The notes under the pieces are model-generated. The model did no database searches. It saw only the letters and a program-made list of their open reading frames with translations, and was not told where the DNA came from. Positions 31,126 through 40,141 of a stretch of 64,000 bases of DNA are shown here, one piece after another. Numbering within the stretch: the stretch's first letter is position 1; every line of letters begins with the position of its first letter. Where the stretch lies: positions 41,641 to 105,640 of the forward strand of contig JBMYJM010000010.1 of NCBI GenBank assembly GCA_049594415.1, read 5' to 3'. Made by a program: the position numbers and the translations under genes. The DNA comes from Verrucomicrobiales bacterium (GTDB lineage: Bacteria; Verrucomicrobiota; Verrucomicrobiia; Verrucomicrobiales; DEV007).

Positions 31126-32082
31126 TTATCCTTGTTTCTCCATCAGCTGGTATGCAAGAGCGGCCGGCTCTGCGGCAGAACCTTTTACTTCAGCAATAAA
31201 GGGTTCCTTGTCCGGTTGATCTTCGTCGAATACCCGGACGGACATCGCGAGGGTCGAGCCTTCGTCTTCGAACCAGGTGTAGGCTCCCACCGGTGTCTGG
31301 CACCCGGCCTGAAGAAGACGCAGGAAAGCGCGTTCTGCCGTGATCCGCTGGAAGGTCGGCTCGTCGTTAATCGTCGCAAGAGCTTCTCGGGCTGCCACAT
31401 TCTCGCTCCGAATTTCCATGGCCACAGCACCCTGTCCGGCCGCTGGCAGAAACTCATTCTCCGCCAGTTCGGAGGCGAACACCTCCGTTCCTTCAAAGTC
31501 AAAACTCGCTTCACCGGACGTATAAATGCCAAGACGTTCGATCCCTGCTCGAGCCAGGAGAATACCATCCCACTCATCATTCTCGATCAGCTTGCGAATC
31601 CGGGTCGGGACGTTACCTCGAATGTCGACCACGTTCACTCCGGGGCAGAGCCACCTGAGTTGCTGCGCTCGTCGAACTGAGCTGGTGGCAATGGTTTTGC
31701 CACCCAACAGGTTCAGGTCTCCGATGAGACCCTTTTGGGTTGTCAGGAGAACATCAACGATTTCGGCCCGCGGTAACGTCGCACAGATCTCGAATCCTTC
31801 ACCGAGTTCGGTCGGGACATCCTTGAGGCTGTGCACGGCAAAGTCGATCTCACCACGGATGAGGGCCTCCTCCAGTTCCTTGGTGAAGATTCCTTTGTCG
31901 AGAATGGGGTTGTCGCCCTGGCTGAACTCACTGAGCTTCAAATCCGGGCGCTTATCGCCGATGGTCTTCACTACCTCGATTTGGACTTCAATTCCCTGCA
32001 ATTTCAAAGCAGCCTCAGTCATGCGTGCCTGGGTCAAAGCAAGGTCACTCCCCCGAGTACCTAGAATCAGCGGTTTGCTCAT
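31126..32082 (-). CDS. hemC: Hydroxymethylbilane synthase
   Basis: LGTRGSDLALTQ, KGIFTKELE, AVHSLKDVP, TSSVRR, RGNVPTR, LPAAGQGA, GCQTPVG. Confidence 0.97.
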   Translation of the reverse strand: MSKPLILGTRGSDLALTQARMTEAALKLQGIEVQIEVVKTIGDKRPDLKLSEFSQGDNPILDKGIFTKELEEALIRGEIDFAVHSLKDVPTELGEGFEICATLPRAEIVDVLLTTQKGLIGDLNLLGGKTIATSSVRRAQQLRWLCPGVNVVDIRGNVPTRIRKLIENDEWDGILLARAGIERLGIYTSGEASFDFEGTEVFASELAENEFLPAAGQGAVAMEIRSENVAAREALATINDEPTFQRITAERAFLRLLQAGCQTPVGAYTWFEDEGSTLAMSVRVFDEDQPDKEPFIAEVKGSAAEPAALAYQLMEKQG

Positions 32083-32090
32083 TGAATTCG

Positions 32091-33161
32091 TTAAGATGGT
32101 TGGCTTTCGGATCCCGATCCTCGCTCCGGGTGATCAACGGGAACAGAAACAAGGGCCTCAATACCCTTTTCTTTCAGGAATTCCTGGATAACCCCGCGGC
32201 AGATTTCGATCTGCTTCTGGCGCTGCGCCACACCGGCATCGGCGATGCGCTGGAGTTGGTCAATGTTGTAAAGGTAGACGTTGTCGAGATCGTTCACATC
32301 GTTTTCAATATCTCGTGGTACTGCAATGTCGATGAAGAAGAGCGAATGCCCGCGCCGACGTTTCAGAGCCTTGGCCACGTCGATTTTTTTCACAATTAAG
32401 CCGGGAGCGCCCGTCGAAGAAATCACGATATCGACTTGATCGAGCATGTCAGCCCACGCTTCAAACGGGACCGCTTTTCCTTCGAGCTCGTCAGCCAGAG
32501 CCTCGGCCTTGTCGAAACTGCGATTCGAAACCGCGATGCTCTTGGCTCCGCGGGACTTGAGACTCTGTGCGGTGACTCGCCCCATTTCTCCGGCACCTAT
32601 AACGAGGACGCGGCAACCTTCAAGTTGACCGAATATCTTTTCAGCGAGATCCACCGCAGCAGATCCGATTGACGTCGAGCCCTGCTGGATCCGAGTGCTC
32701 GACCGGACTATCTTACCCACGGAGAACGACTGCTGGAAGAGCTTGTTCATCTTGCGGGAGGTCGCCCCGTTCCTCTGGGCGGTAGAGTAAGCCTTCTTAA
32801 TCTGGCCAAAGATCTCGGTTTCGCCCAGGACCATAGAGTCGAGACCACTCGCTACTTCAAAAAGATGATGCGCGGCCGCTTCCTCTTCATGACGATAAAA
32901 CTCAACGTCACCATCATTTACCTCGAAATGGCTAATGAGATACTCAGCGAGGCGATCCAACGCTTCGCCCGGTTGATCTGCGGCTCCATAGATCTCAACG
33001 CGGTTGCAGGTTGAAAGCACCACCGCCTCTTCGACCGCCTCGAGATCACGGATCTCGTCGAGATGGCGCGGAATTGCCGACTCGACAAAAGCCAACCGCT
33101 CCCGGATCTCAACCGGGGCAGTTTTATGGTTGACGCCAAGACAAAAGATAGACACCGCCAA
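32091..33161 (-). CDS. hemA: Glutamyl-tRNA reductase (short C-terminus)
   Basis: GVNHKTAPVEIRE, STCNRVE, SGLDSMVLGETEIFGQ, IGAGEMG, DIAVPRDI. TTG start. Confidence 0.95.
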   Translation of the reverse strand: MAVSIFCLGVNHKTAPVEIRERLAFVESAIPRHLDEIRDLEAVEEAVVLSTCNRVEIYGAADQPGEALDRLAEYLISHFEVNDGDVEFYRHEEEAAAHHLFEVASGLDSMVLGETEIFGQIKKAYSTAQRNGATSRKMNKLFQQSFSVGKIVRSSTRIQQGSTSIGSAAVDLAEKIFGQLEGCRVLVIGAGEMGRVTAQSLKSRGAKSIAVSNRSFDKAEALADELEGKAVPFEAWADMLDQVDIVISSTGAPGLIVKKIDVAKALKRRRGHSLFFIDIAVPRDIENDVNDLDNVYLYNIDQLQRIADAGVAQRQKQIEICRGVIQEFLKEKGIEALVSVPVDHPERGSGSESQPS

Positions 33162-33181
33162 AACAGAAGACAGGATTAGAA

Positions 33182-33952
33182 TTAAAGAACTGACAGGGCT
33201 ATCAATGCGAAGGTGAAAGCCGCGATCGAGAGCTTCGACAGGGCTTTAGGCCGCAGGCCCCTGAGAAGGTTCAACAGGAGAATTGCAACGTAGACCAACC
33301 ACACCGTTCCAGTCACCATCCAATGAAGAGCGGTCGGATGATAATCCATGAAAAATGCCGACACGATCCCGATGGTCAGCAAACCGCAGCCAATCACGAT
33401 GAGACGCTGCATCGCGTCGTAGAGATACTTCATCGGTGGTAACGAGTAAAAGAGCCTTCCCGGTTTGTGGCTCTTAATTTGTCGATCGAGAATCAGGTCC
33501 ATCACCCCGGCAATTCCGGCGAGGCCGAAAGCGCCATAAGCGAGCAGGGACATCGCCGCGTGCAATTCCAGCCACGGATCCAAGGTCTCCGGCGGACGCG
33601 CGCCCGGATCGTTGATCAGCAGGCTGATGATGGCGATGGATTGGAAAACAAAGACGAGCGGCATGCTGAACACGCCGAGCAAAGAAAGTCGAAAAGCGCG
33701 CCCCAGGGCGAGGTAGAGAATGACGATGCTCCAACTGATGAAAACGAAAACCTCAGCCCCGTTAGTAATCGGGCAGCGAAGGTGCAAATCCCCCCGCTCC
33801 TTGAGAAAGAGACACTGAAAAAACAGGCCGGCAACAGCGAGCCCGACGTTGAGTTTGCCCGTCCCGTGTTTGCCCGTACGCAGCGCTACCACTGCGAGCA
33901 CGAAGCCGCCGAGAAAGATCACAGTCGCCAGTATCAGGTAAATTTTGTCCAT
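33182..33952 (-). CDS. Cytochrome c assembly (CcsA/HemX-like) membrane protein
   Basis: About 8 TM helices, WLELHAAMSLLAY, Q..LK..K......LP; first gene of the hem cluster. Confidence 0.8.
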   Translation of the reverse strand: MDKIYLILATVIFLGGFVLAVVALRTGKHGTGKLNVGLAVAGLFFQCLFLKERGDLHLRCPITNGAEVFVFISWSIVILYLALGRAFRLSLLGVFSMPLVFVFQSIAIISLLINDPGARPPETLDPWLELHAAMSLLAYGAFGLAGIAGVMDLILDRQIKSHKPGRLFYSLPPMKYLYDAMQRLIVIGCGLLTIGIVSAFFMDYHPTALHWMVTGTVWLVYVAILLLNLLRGLRPKALSKLSIAAFTFALIALSVL

Positions 33953-34359
33953 CAGGGAGCCCGGCAGAACAAACCTCCGCCAATCAGAGTCCGAAACGTA
34001 GCGTTGCGGGCCCTCATTGCAAGGGCGGGCCTGGTACCGGCTTTCGCCTCAAAATCGCCCGTAAGATCCCGAAAATCTTTGAGTCGACTCTTCTCGGTGA
34101 CTTCAATGAAATTGAGATTTACCTATGTTTTATTCAATACAACCCCAATTCGGGATCAACTTTGATTCATTTCGATGACAATGGCAGAGGATAAGAACGC
34201 CACGGAATGGATCAGAGGTCTCTGACAACAAAAACCTCAATTTCTTCGAGTGATTCCTGCTGCACTCCGGTTCGCTCAAAAAAGTCGTCCCATACCCCGC
34301 CATGCGGCTTAGACTCGACCAGCTAATCCGGAAAGTGGAGATCATCGTGGCGACGATCT

Positions 34360-34917
34360 TTATTCACCCATCCCGGCAGCCCAGGCCGGATCTCCGTCAG
34401 TCGCGTCGTAGGCCATTACCTGCGCCTTCCTCTTGCCGGTCGCCGTGTCGTACAACTCGATCGTTGCGGCACCGTGGTTGCCCCGGGACTTGATCACGAT
34501 TTGCTGTTGTTCATTGATGAACTTGGTCTTTTCAACAAACGGACGACCAGTCTGACATACCGCTACCTTTCGTTCTCCCTCGTAGATCTTCACCTCTCCT
34601 TTGCCAATTTTTGCCGCGAGCGGCTGCCCGTAAACCGGTTGCCCACTGGCATCGCCGGGCCGGATGCCCTCGTTATAGCCGACTTCGTAACCTTGTTTGA
34701 AAGCGTCCACTTCCGCGGCCGGGTAAGAAACACTGTAACGATCAGGGGTCTTTGACAGGCCCGCCCTGCCGTCAGCGCGCCCCTTTTCCATTCCTAATTC
34801 GTAAGTCGCTGGATGTGGTCCGTTGTAAGGGCCGGGATCTGAATCATTGACTGATACGCACTGACAAAGGGACGCCACGAGAACGCAGGCGAGAGAAGTC
34901 CGGATAGTCACCTTCAT
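34360..34917 (-). CDS. Hypothetical lipoprotein
   Basis: MKVTIRTSLACVLVASLCQCVSV (probable lipobox); YELGMEKGRADG and FKQGYEVGYNEG helices. Confidence 0.65.
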   Translation of the reverse strand: MKVTIRTSLACVLVASLCQCVSVNDSDPGPYNGPHPATYELGMEKGRADGRAGLSKTPDRYSVSYPAAEVDAFKQGYEVGYNEGIRPGDASGQPVYGQPLAAKIGKGEVKIYEGERKVAVCQTGRPFVEKTKFINEQQQIVIKSRGNHGAATIELYDTATGKRKAQVMAYDATDGDPAWAAGMGE

Positions 34918-35252
34918 TTCGTTCAGATACGTTTCAACCGCTCCTTTCAACAGATCGATTACGATCTTCTCCACCTATATCATAACAACACGTTCAGATA
35001 CAGTGATTAACAAATCGGAATCTTAACTATGTCCCAGTCGAGTTACATCATTCATTCATCCGAAAATGAGACCTCTGGGTTCCTTTCACTACCACCTGCT
35101 GGTCTCGACAGCGGTGAAGCCTCGGATGACAGTTGTAATTTATTTCAAAGCCGGCAATGAGTCTACTTGCTCGACCAATGAGTGCTCCGGAAGTAACGCG
35201 ACACTCTCGGAGTCGAGGTTGGAAATTACAGGCGACTTCCTATTACTGGCAG

Positions 35253-36110
35253 TTATGAAACAACTTCCGCCTTGGACATCAATTCCTTGAGCCTGTCGAG
35301 ATCCGTCGCGCTCGTCTTTGCCACAAATCCACGAGCATGGGCAAAGTGAACATCGGGTTCACCATCGATTCGGGTAAAGTCGAGGCGCGGGCTGTCCTCA
35401 TGACGCGAGAGGCCGAAACCGGATCCGCGGCGATCGGGATAAATCAAGCCGTCAACCTTCCTGCCGGTTGATTCTATGTAGCGGATCAAGCCGGATGAAG
35501 GATCATCCGGCATCGGCTCGCAGCGGGGCATGAACAGAACCGACAAAGAATCCTTCCCCTCCCCAATCTCAATAAACTCGGCGTTTTCCGCGACGAAGTC
35601 GACGCGCTCACGCAGGGTCTTGAGAAACATCACCAGATCTTCACCGATCATGCGCATCATTTCCCAAATCGCGTCTCCCCGCTGCCACTCGTTCTTCTGA
35701 GCGAATCGACGGAGAAGCGTGATATCGATCGGGGAATTGAGCTGATTCATCACCGCCCGGTCTACCCCCAACCACTTGGCGGTTGCGAAAGGCCCGCGTG
35801 TATCGAACCACTCAGCGGGTTCCAGCCATTCGCAGAACTGGCGGGCATCATCATAGAGACCCAGGTCCTTCAACACTAATGACAAGGCACAAATCGGCTT
35901 GTGATCGCGGGGAAACTGGTGGTGATCAAAATTGCTTCGGGACGGTTCGTGCTCGCCGCCAACATCGACCACCGCAATCTCTTCATCGTTCAAATCCTCC
36001 TCAGTCGGTTCACGGCGGTAGACCGGAACTTCGTGTTGAGCAATGAGCAGGCAACAGGCCAACAGGTCATCTTTGTGAGCGCTGCCGGGATGAGTGACGA
36101 TGGCTTTCAT
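35253..36110 (-). CDS. MYG1-family (DHH-type) exonuclease
   Basis: IVTHPGSAHKDD, VVDVGG, FDHHQ, FAHARGFVAK. ATG 36110 lies 7 nt after the waaF stop. Confidence 0.85.
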   Translation of the reverse strand: MKAIVTHPGSAHKDDLLACCLLIAQHEVPVYRREPTEEDLNDEEIAVVDVGGEHEPSRSNFDHHQFPRDHKPICALSLVLKDLGLYDDARQFCEWLEPAEWFDTRGPFATAKWLGVDRAVMNQLNSPIDITLLRRFAQKNEWQRGDAIWEMMRMIGEDLVMFLKTLRERVDFVAENAEFIEIGEGKDSLSVLFMPRCEPMPDDPSSGLIRYIESTGRKVDGLIYPDRRGSGFGLSRHEDSPRLDFTRIDGEPDVHFAHARGFVAKTSATDLDRLKELMSKAEVVS

Positions 36111-36117
36111 ACAGGAT

Positions 36118-37164
36118 TCAGTTTCCTGCCGGAGAGATGTCCTGCAGGAGCGTCTCCATTTCGGCCAGTACCGTCTCCGGTTCAACCCGTAACATGCAGC
36201 GATAGTCCACCGGACACTCCCGAAGGAAACATGGGCTGCAATCCACCTTGTGACGAATGACGCGGTGGACGGTTCCAATCGGAGCCGTGAAGGCCGGCTC
36301 AGTGGAGCCGAAAATTGCGACTGTAGGCACTCCCAGCGCCGCGGCGAGATGCATTGTGCCAGTGTCGTTGGTCGCGACAAAGTGACAGGTCTTCAGCTCG
36401 TCGACAAGGTCTGCCATGGAAGTCTTCCCGGCCCGGTTCTCACGAGGCTCGTCAAGAAGTCCTGCCAGCTCCTCGCCGATCCCTTCTTCAGCCGGGCTGC
36501 CGAACACAGAAATTCGAAAAGTCGCTTCCGGGTGATTCCGGCGCAGTGTTTGAAGCGCCTTGGCGTAGCGATCAATCGGGTATCGCTTTGCGTTGCCATA
36601 CTCGGCACCCGGACAAACCCCGATGTGTAGCTCGGTAAGACCCGACTCTATCGGTGACGGGGCCGCGGGAATCGCGAGCAGGTCATCGAGATCAGAAATA
36701 TCTGCCCCCATTGCCTCGGCGAGATGCAAATAGCGGTGAACGTGATGCGCCTTGTCACCACTTGCTTCAGATTCGCGGACTGCGTTTTTAAGCAACAACC
36801 CGCGCCCGTAGCGCTTGTAACCGGTCAGCTTGTTAACGCCACCGAGTCGCAGCTCGAGCGCGGAGCGAAATGAATTGGGAAGCAGCAAACCTTCATCAAA
36901 CTTCCCGTGCTCCCGAATGATTCGACCCACCTCGCGAGGCTTAAGCCCTTTCTTAAACGGGATCACCTCATCGATCTCGTCACGTGCCACCCACATCGCG
37001 GTGAGATTGTCACGACAGCACACCGTGATTTCGGTGCCAGGACTGCGCTGCTTGAGTGCACGCACGGCGGGTAACGACATGCAGGCGTCACCCAGGGGAT
37101 TCGGAGATCGAACGATCACGCGGTGGCGGCCGTTGGCTTCCGTCATTTGCGAGGGAGCACTCAT
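36118..37164 (-). CDS. waaF: Lipopolysaccharide heptosyltransferase II (GT9)
   Basis: IVRSPNPLGDACM, LLPNSFRSAL, CPGAEYG.AKRYP, TNDTGTMHLAAALG.PTVAIFG. Confidence 0.88.
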   Translation of the reverse strand: MSAPSQMTEANGRHRVIVRSPNPLGDACMSLPAVRALKQRSPGTEITVCCRDNLTAMWVARDEIDEVIPFKKGLKPREVGRIIREHGKFDEGLLLPNSFRSALELRLGGVNKLTGYKRYGRGLLLKNAVRESEASGDKAHHVHRYLHLAEAMGADISDLDDLLAIPAAPSPIESGLTELHIGVCPGAEYGNAKRYPIDRYAKALQTLRRNHPEATFRISVFGSPAEEGIGEELAGLLDEPRENRAGKTSMADLVDELKTCHFVATNDTGTMHLAAALGVPTVAIFGSTEPAFTAPIGTVHRVIRHKVDCSPCFLRECPVDYRCMLRVEPETVLAEMETLLQDISPAGN

Positions 37165-37239
37165 GCCGGGGTTACCGCCTCAGAATCGCGGTTTGGTGAA
37201 AGCGGACGTCAGTGGCGCTGAACACCCGCATCACGAAAA

Positions 37240-37806
37240 TTACTCAGCGCCTTCGCCTTTGGCAACTTCCTTGCCTTTGGCTGTGGCTTTGGCTTTGCCC
37301 TTCCCTTTGGGAGCTTCTTGAGCTTTGGGCTGCTCTGCCGTCTTCTCCTCGGCGGCAGGCTTCTCTTCGGTAGTCTCTGCCGGAGCGGAGTCAGCCTCAT
37401 TCGCTTTGTCGTCGAGCAGAGAGCCCGCGGGCGCTTGGTCGAGATTCACAGGTGCCGGAGCAGAAGTATCGAGTGCAGGCAAGTTGGAAAGCTCAGGCGG
37501 AAGACCGGGCAGCTGGGGCTCACGATCCTTCACTCCTTCGAGAACGTCGCTTGCTGCAGTCGCCTGGAACTGGCGGGTCTTCACCATTGCCAGACCAATT
37601 GCGGAAACGAAAAAGATGATTCCGAGCCAGGTTGTGATCTTCTGGAGAATATCCGTGGTGTGGGCACCGAGAGCAGAATCGAGCGTGCTACCACCGAAGG
37701 CGGCACCTAAGCCCTCCTGCTTGGGACGCTGAAGCAACACCACCAGCACCATCAGAATACTGACGGCGATGATGATCACGGTTAACAAAATCGAGAGAAT
37801 TGCCAT
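37240..37806 (-). CDS. secG: Preprotein translocase SecG with a long C-terminal tail
   Basis: VLLQRPKQEGLGAAFGG, LQKITTW between two TM helices. Confidence 0.92.
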   Translation of the reverse strand: MAILSILLTVIIIAVSILMVLVVLLQRPKQEGLGAAFGGSTLDSALGAHTTDILQKITTWLGIIFFVSAIGLAMVKTRQFQATAASDVLEGVKDREPQLPGLPPELSNLPALDTSAPAPVNLDQAPAGSLLDDKANEADSAPAETTEEKPAAEEKTAEQPKAQEAPKGKGKAKATAKGKEVAKGEGAE

Positions 37807-37815
37807 GGGGCGGCG

Positions 37816-37844
37816 AATATGCGACACAGGTAATGGCTTGTAAA
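37816..37844 (-). promoter_or_regulatory. Putative sigma70 promoter of secG
   Basis: TTTACA-N17-CATATT ending 9 nt before the ATG. Confidence 0.45.
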
Positions 37845-37888
37845 GGGCGAGAATTGCCTCTCTCGAGCCCCCCGTTTTTCCCCATTTC

Positions 37889-40078
37889 ATGAGTTCGCAC
37901 CCCCAAAACGAGCCCCCGGAGGCCCTGCAAATAGAAGGATCGGTGCATTCTATCGTTTTTCATAACGAGGAGAACGGCTACACCATCATGCAGGTGGAAA
38001 CGGCCCAAAACGGCACAGTGACGGTGCTGGGGAACCTTCCGGCGGTCATTGAGGGAGAACAAATACGGGCCCGGGGTAACTGGAAAGACGACCGCCGTTT
38101 CGGACGGCAGTTCCAGGCACAGCACATTCTCGCCGTCGCGCCCATCTCCACGGATGGTATCTGTCGCTTTCTCGCCAGCGGACTGATCGACGGAATTGGC
38201 AAGACCTATGCCAAGCGGATCGTAGAAAAATTCGGCACCGAAACCTTCCGGGTCATCGAGGAGGAATCGAAAAAACTCGAGGAAGTCAGCGGCATCGGTC
38301 AAGCCCGACGCGTCCGCATCAAGGACTCGTGGAAACGGCAGAAATCCGTTCGCGACATCATGATTTTCCTTCACGAACACGGCCTCTCCACGGCCCGCGC
38401 ACTTCGCCTCTTCAAAACCTATGGTGAGGAAGCCACCAATGTGCTTCGCGCCGACCCCTACCGGCTCGCAAGAGAGATTCCCGGAGTCGGATTCAAGACT
38501 GCGGACCAAATCGCCCGACAAATGGGCCAGGCTGATGATTCACCGCAACGAATCTCCGCGGGCTTGCTCTACGTCCTTGAGCAGGGCGCCCGCCAAGGCC
38601 ACTGTGCCCTCCCCCGCAACAAGCTGGTCGAGGAAGCAGTCAACATTCTCGAAACCACCATGGAGGCCGTTGACCGGGCCCTCGGCGAGCTCGTCCTCGG
38701 GGCCAGAATCATTGTTGAAGATACCGACGGTGAGCCACTGGTCTTCACCACCGAACTACACACTGCCGAAGCAGAAGTGGCTGAGCGCCTTCACCAATTG
38801 ATGGCGCGCGAGATCACCCTTCCCAAAGTCCAGTCTGAACAGGCTATTGCCTGGTTTGAGCGCCATCACCAGCTTAAGCTCAGCGAAGAACAGGCCGAAA
38901 CTGTGATCCAGGCGACCCGGCATCGTTTCTCCGTCATTACCGGAGGTCCCGGCGTCGGGAAAACCACCATCCTCAATGCGGTCCTCGAAATCCTCGCGAC
39001 CAAGAAGGTCGAGCCTGTCCTCTGCGCCCCTACCGGCCGTGCCGCCAAGCGGCTCCACGAGTCGACCGGTCGCGAAGCGCTTACCATTCACCGCGCCCTC
39101 GAATACCAGCCCGAAATCGGTTTCACCCGCAACCAGGACAAACCACTCGAAGGTGATTTTTTTGTCATCGACGAAGCCTCCATGATTGATGTCGAGCTCA
39201 TGGCCAAGCTGCTCGATGCCATCCCCGAGAACGGACATGTCCTCCTCGTAGGCGATGTGGACCAGCTTCCCTCCGTCGGTCCGGGAAGCGTCCTGCGGGA
39301 TATCATCGACAGCGGAGTCGCCCCCGTGGCCCGACTGACTCGCATCTACCGTCAAAGCGAAACCAGTCGTATCGTCGAAGCGGCCCACGATGTGAATGAG
39401 GGAACGATTCCGCCGCTCGAAAACACCGCCGATGCCGATTTCTTTTTCATCGAACGCGGCAGCCCCGATGCCATTCGCGAAACACTCCAGCACCTCGTGA
39501 AGGAACGCATCCCGAAGGGCTTCAACCTCGATTCCCGGGATGACATCCAGGTGCTCACTCCAATGAATCGTCAGTCTCTTGGCACCGCGGAACTGAACTC
39601 GCTGCTCCAGGAGACCCTCAATCCGCCTGCCGAGCTTAAATTCGAGATCGAACGCTTCGGTTCCATCTTCCGCACCGGCGACAAGGTGATCCAGACCCGG
39701 AATAATTACGAAAAGGAAGTCTTCAACGGCGATATCGGTTATATCGCCGAGATCACCACGGAGCCTTCTCACGTCATTGTTGCCTTCGACGGCAATCAGC
39801 GGGTCAACTATGAGCCGGGCGAACTCGACGAGTTGCAGCTCGCCTATGCCATCACGATTCACAAATCCCAGGGCAGCGAATTTCCGGCAGTGGTGATCCC
39901 GTTGGCAGGTCAGCAGTTTGTGCTATTGCAGCGCAACCTGCTCTACACTGGAATCACCCGCGGACGAAAACTGGTGATCCTGGTAGGAGAAAGAAGAGCG
40001 CTTGAGATGGCTGTGAGAAATGAACAGAGCTCGCGACGATTTACGGGACTGGCAAACAGGCTGGCCTCTTTTTCCTGA
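37889..40078 (+). CDS. recD2: ATP-dependent RecD-like DNA helicase (RecD2)
   Basis: OB-fold N-terminus, GIGKTYAKRIV, TGGPGVGKTT, LCAPTGRAAKR, IDEASM, GDVDQLPSVGPG, AYAITIHKSQGSE. Confidence 0.95.
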   Translation: MSSHPQNEPPEALQIEGSVHSIVFHNEENGYTIMQVETAQNGTVTVLGNLPAVIEGEQIRARGNWKDDRRFGRQFQAQHILAVAPISTDGICRFLASGLIDGIGKTYAKRIVEKFGTETFRVIEEESKKLEEVSGIGQARRVRIKDSWKRQKSVRDIMIFLHEHGLSTARALRLFKTYGEEATNVLRADPYRLAREIPGVGFKTADQIARQMGQADDSPQRISAGLLYVLEQGARQGHCALPRNKLVEEAVNILETTMEAVDRALGELVLGARIIVEDTDGEPLVFTTELHTAEAEVAERLHQLMAREITLPKVQSEQAIAWFERHHQLKLSEEQAETVIQATRHRFSVITGGPGVGKTTILNAVLEILATKKVEPVLCAPTGRAAKRLHESTGREALTIHRALEYQPEIGFTRNQDKPLEGDFFVIDEASMIDVELMAKLLDAIPENGHVLLVGDVDQLPSVGPGSVLRDIIDSGVAPVARLTRIYRQSETSRIVEAAHDVNEGTIPPLENTADADFFFIERGSPDAIRETLQHLVKERIPKGFNLDSRDDIQVLTPMNRQSLGTAELNSLLQETLNPPAELKFEIERFGSIFRTGDKVIQTRNNYEKEVFNGDIGYIAEITTEPSHVIVAFDGNQRVNYEPGELDELQLAYAITIHKSQGSEFPAVVIPLAGQQFVLLQRNLLYTGITRGRKLVILVGERRALEMAVRNEQSSRRFTGLANRLASFS

Positions 40079-40106
40079 TAAAGAAAAAGAGGCCTCCCAA
40101 ACAGGG

Positions 40107-40135
40107 TTGAGTCCCTCAACTAACCCTGCTAGCTT
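40107..40135 (+). promoter_or_regulatory. Putative extended -10 promoter (leaderless transcript)
   Basis: TTGAGT-N17-TAGCTT with TGn extension; ATG 6 nt downstream; no Shine-Dalgarno. Confidence 0.5.
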
Positions 40136-40141
40136 CGCGGC

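Noticed and set aside
33953-34359. FNR-like half sites (TCAAT-N3-ATTGA, ATCAA-CT-TTGAT) upstream of the hem cluster
   Set aside because: Orientation and spacing do not match TTGAT-N4-ATCAA, and such words are expected by chance in AT-rich DNA.
36111-36380. 90-aa N-terminal extension of the MYG1 ORF
   Set aside because: It overlaps waaF in another frame. The family begins at MKAIVTHPG.
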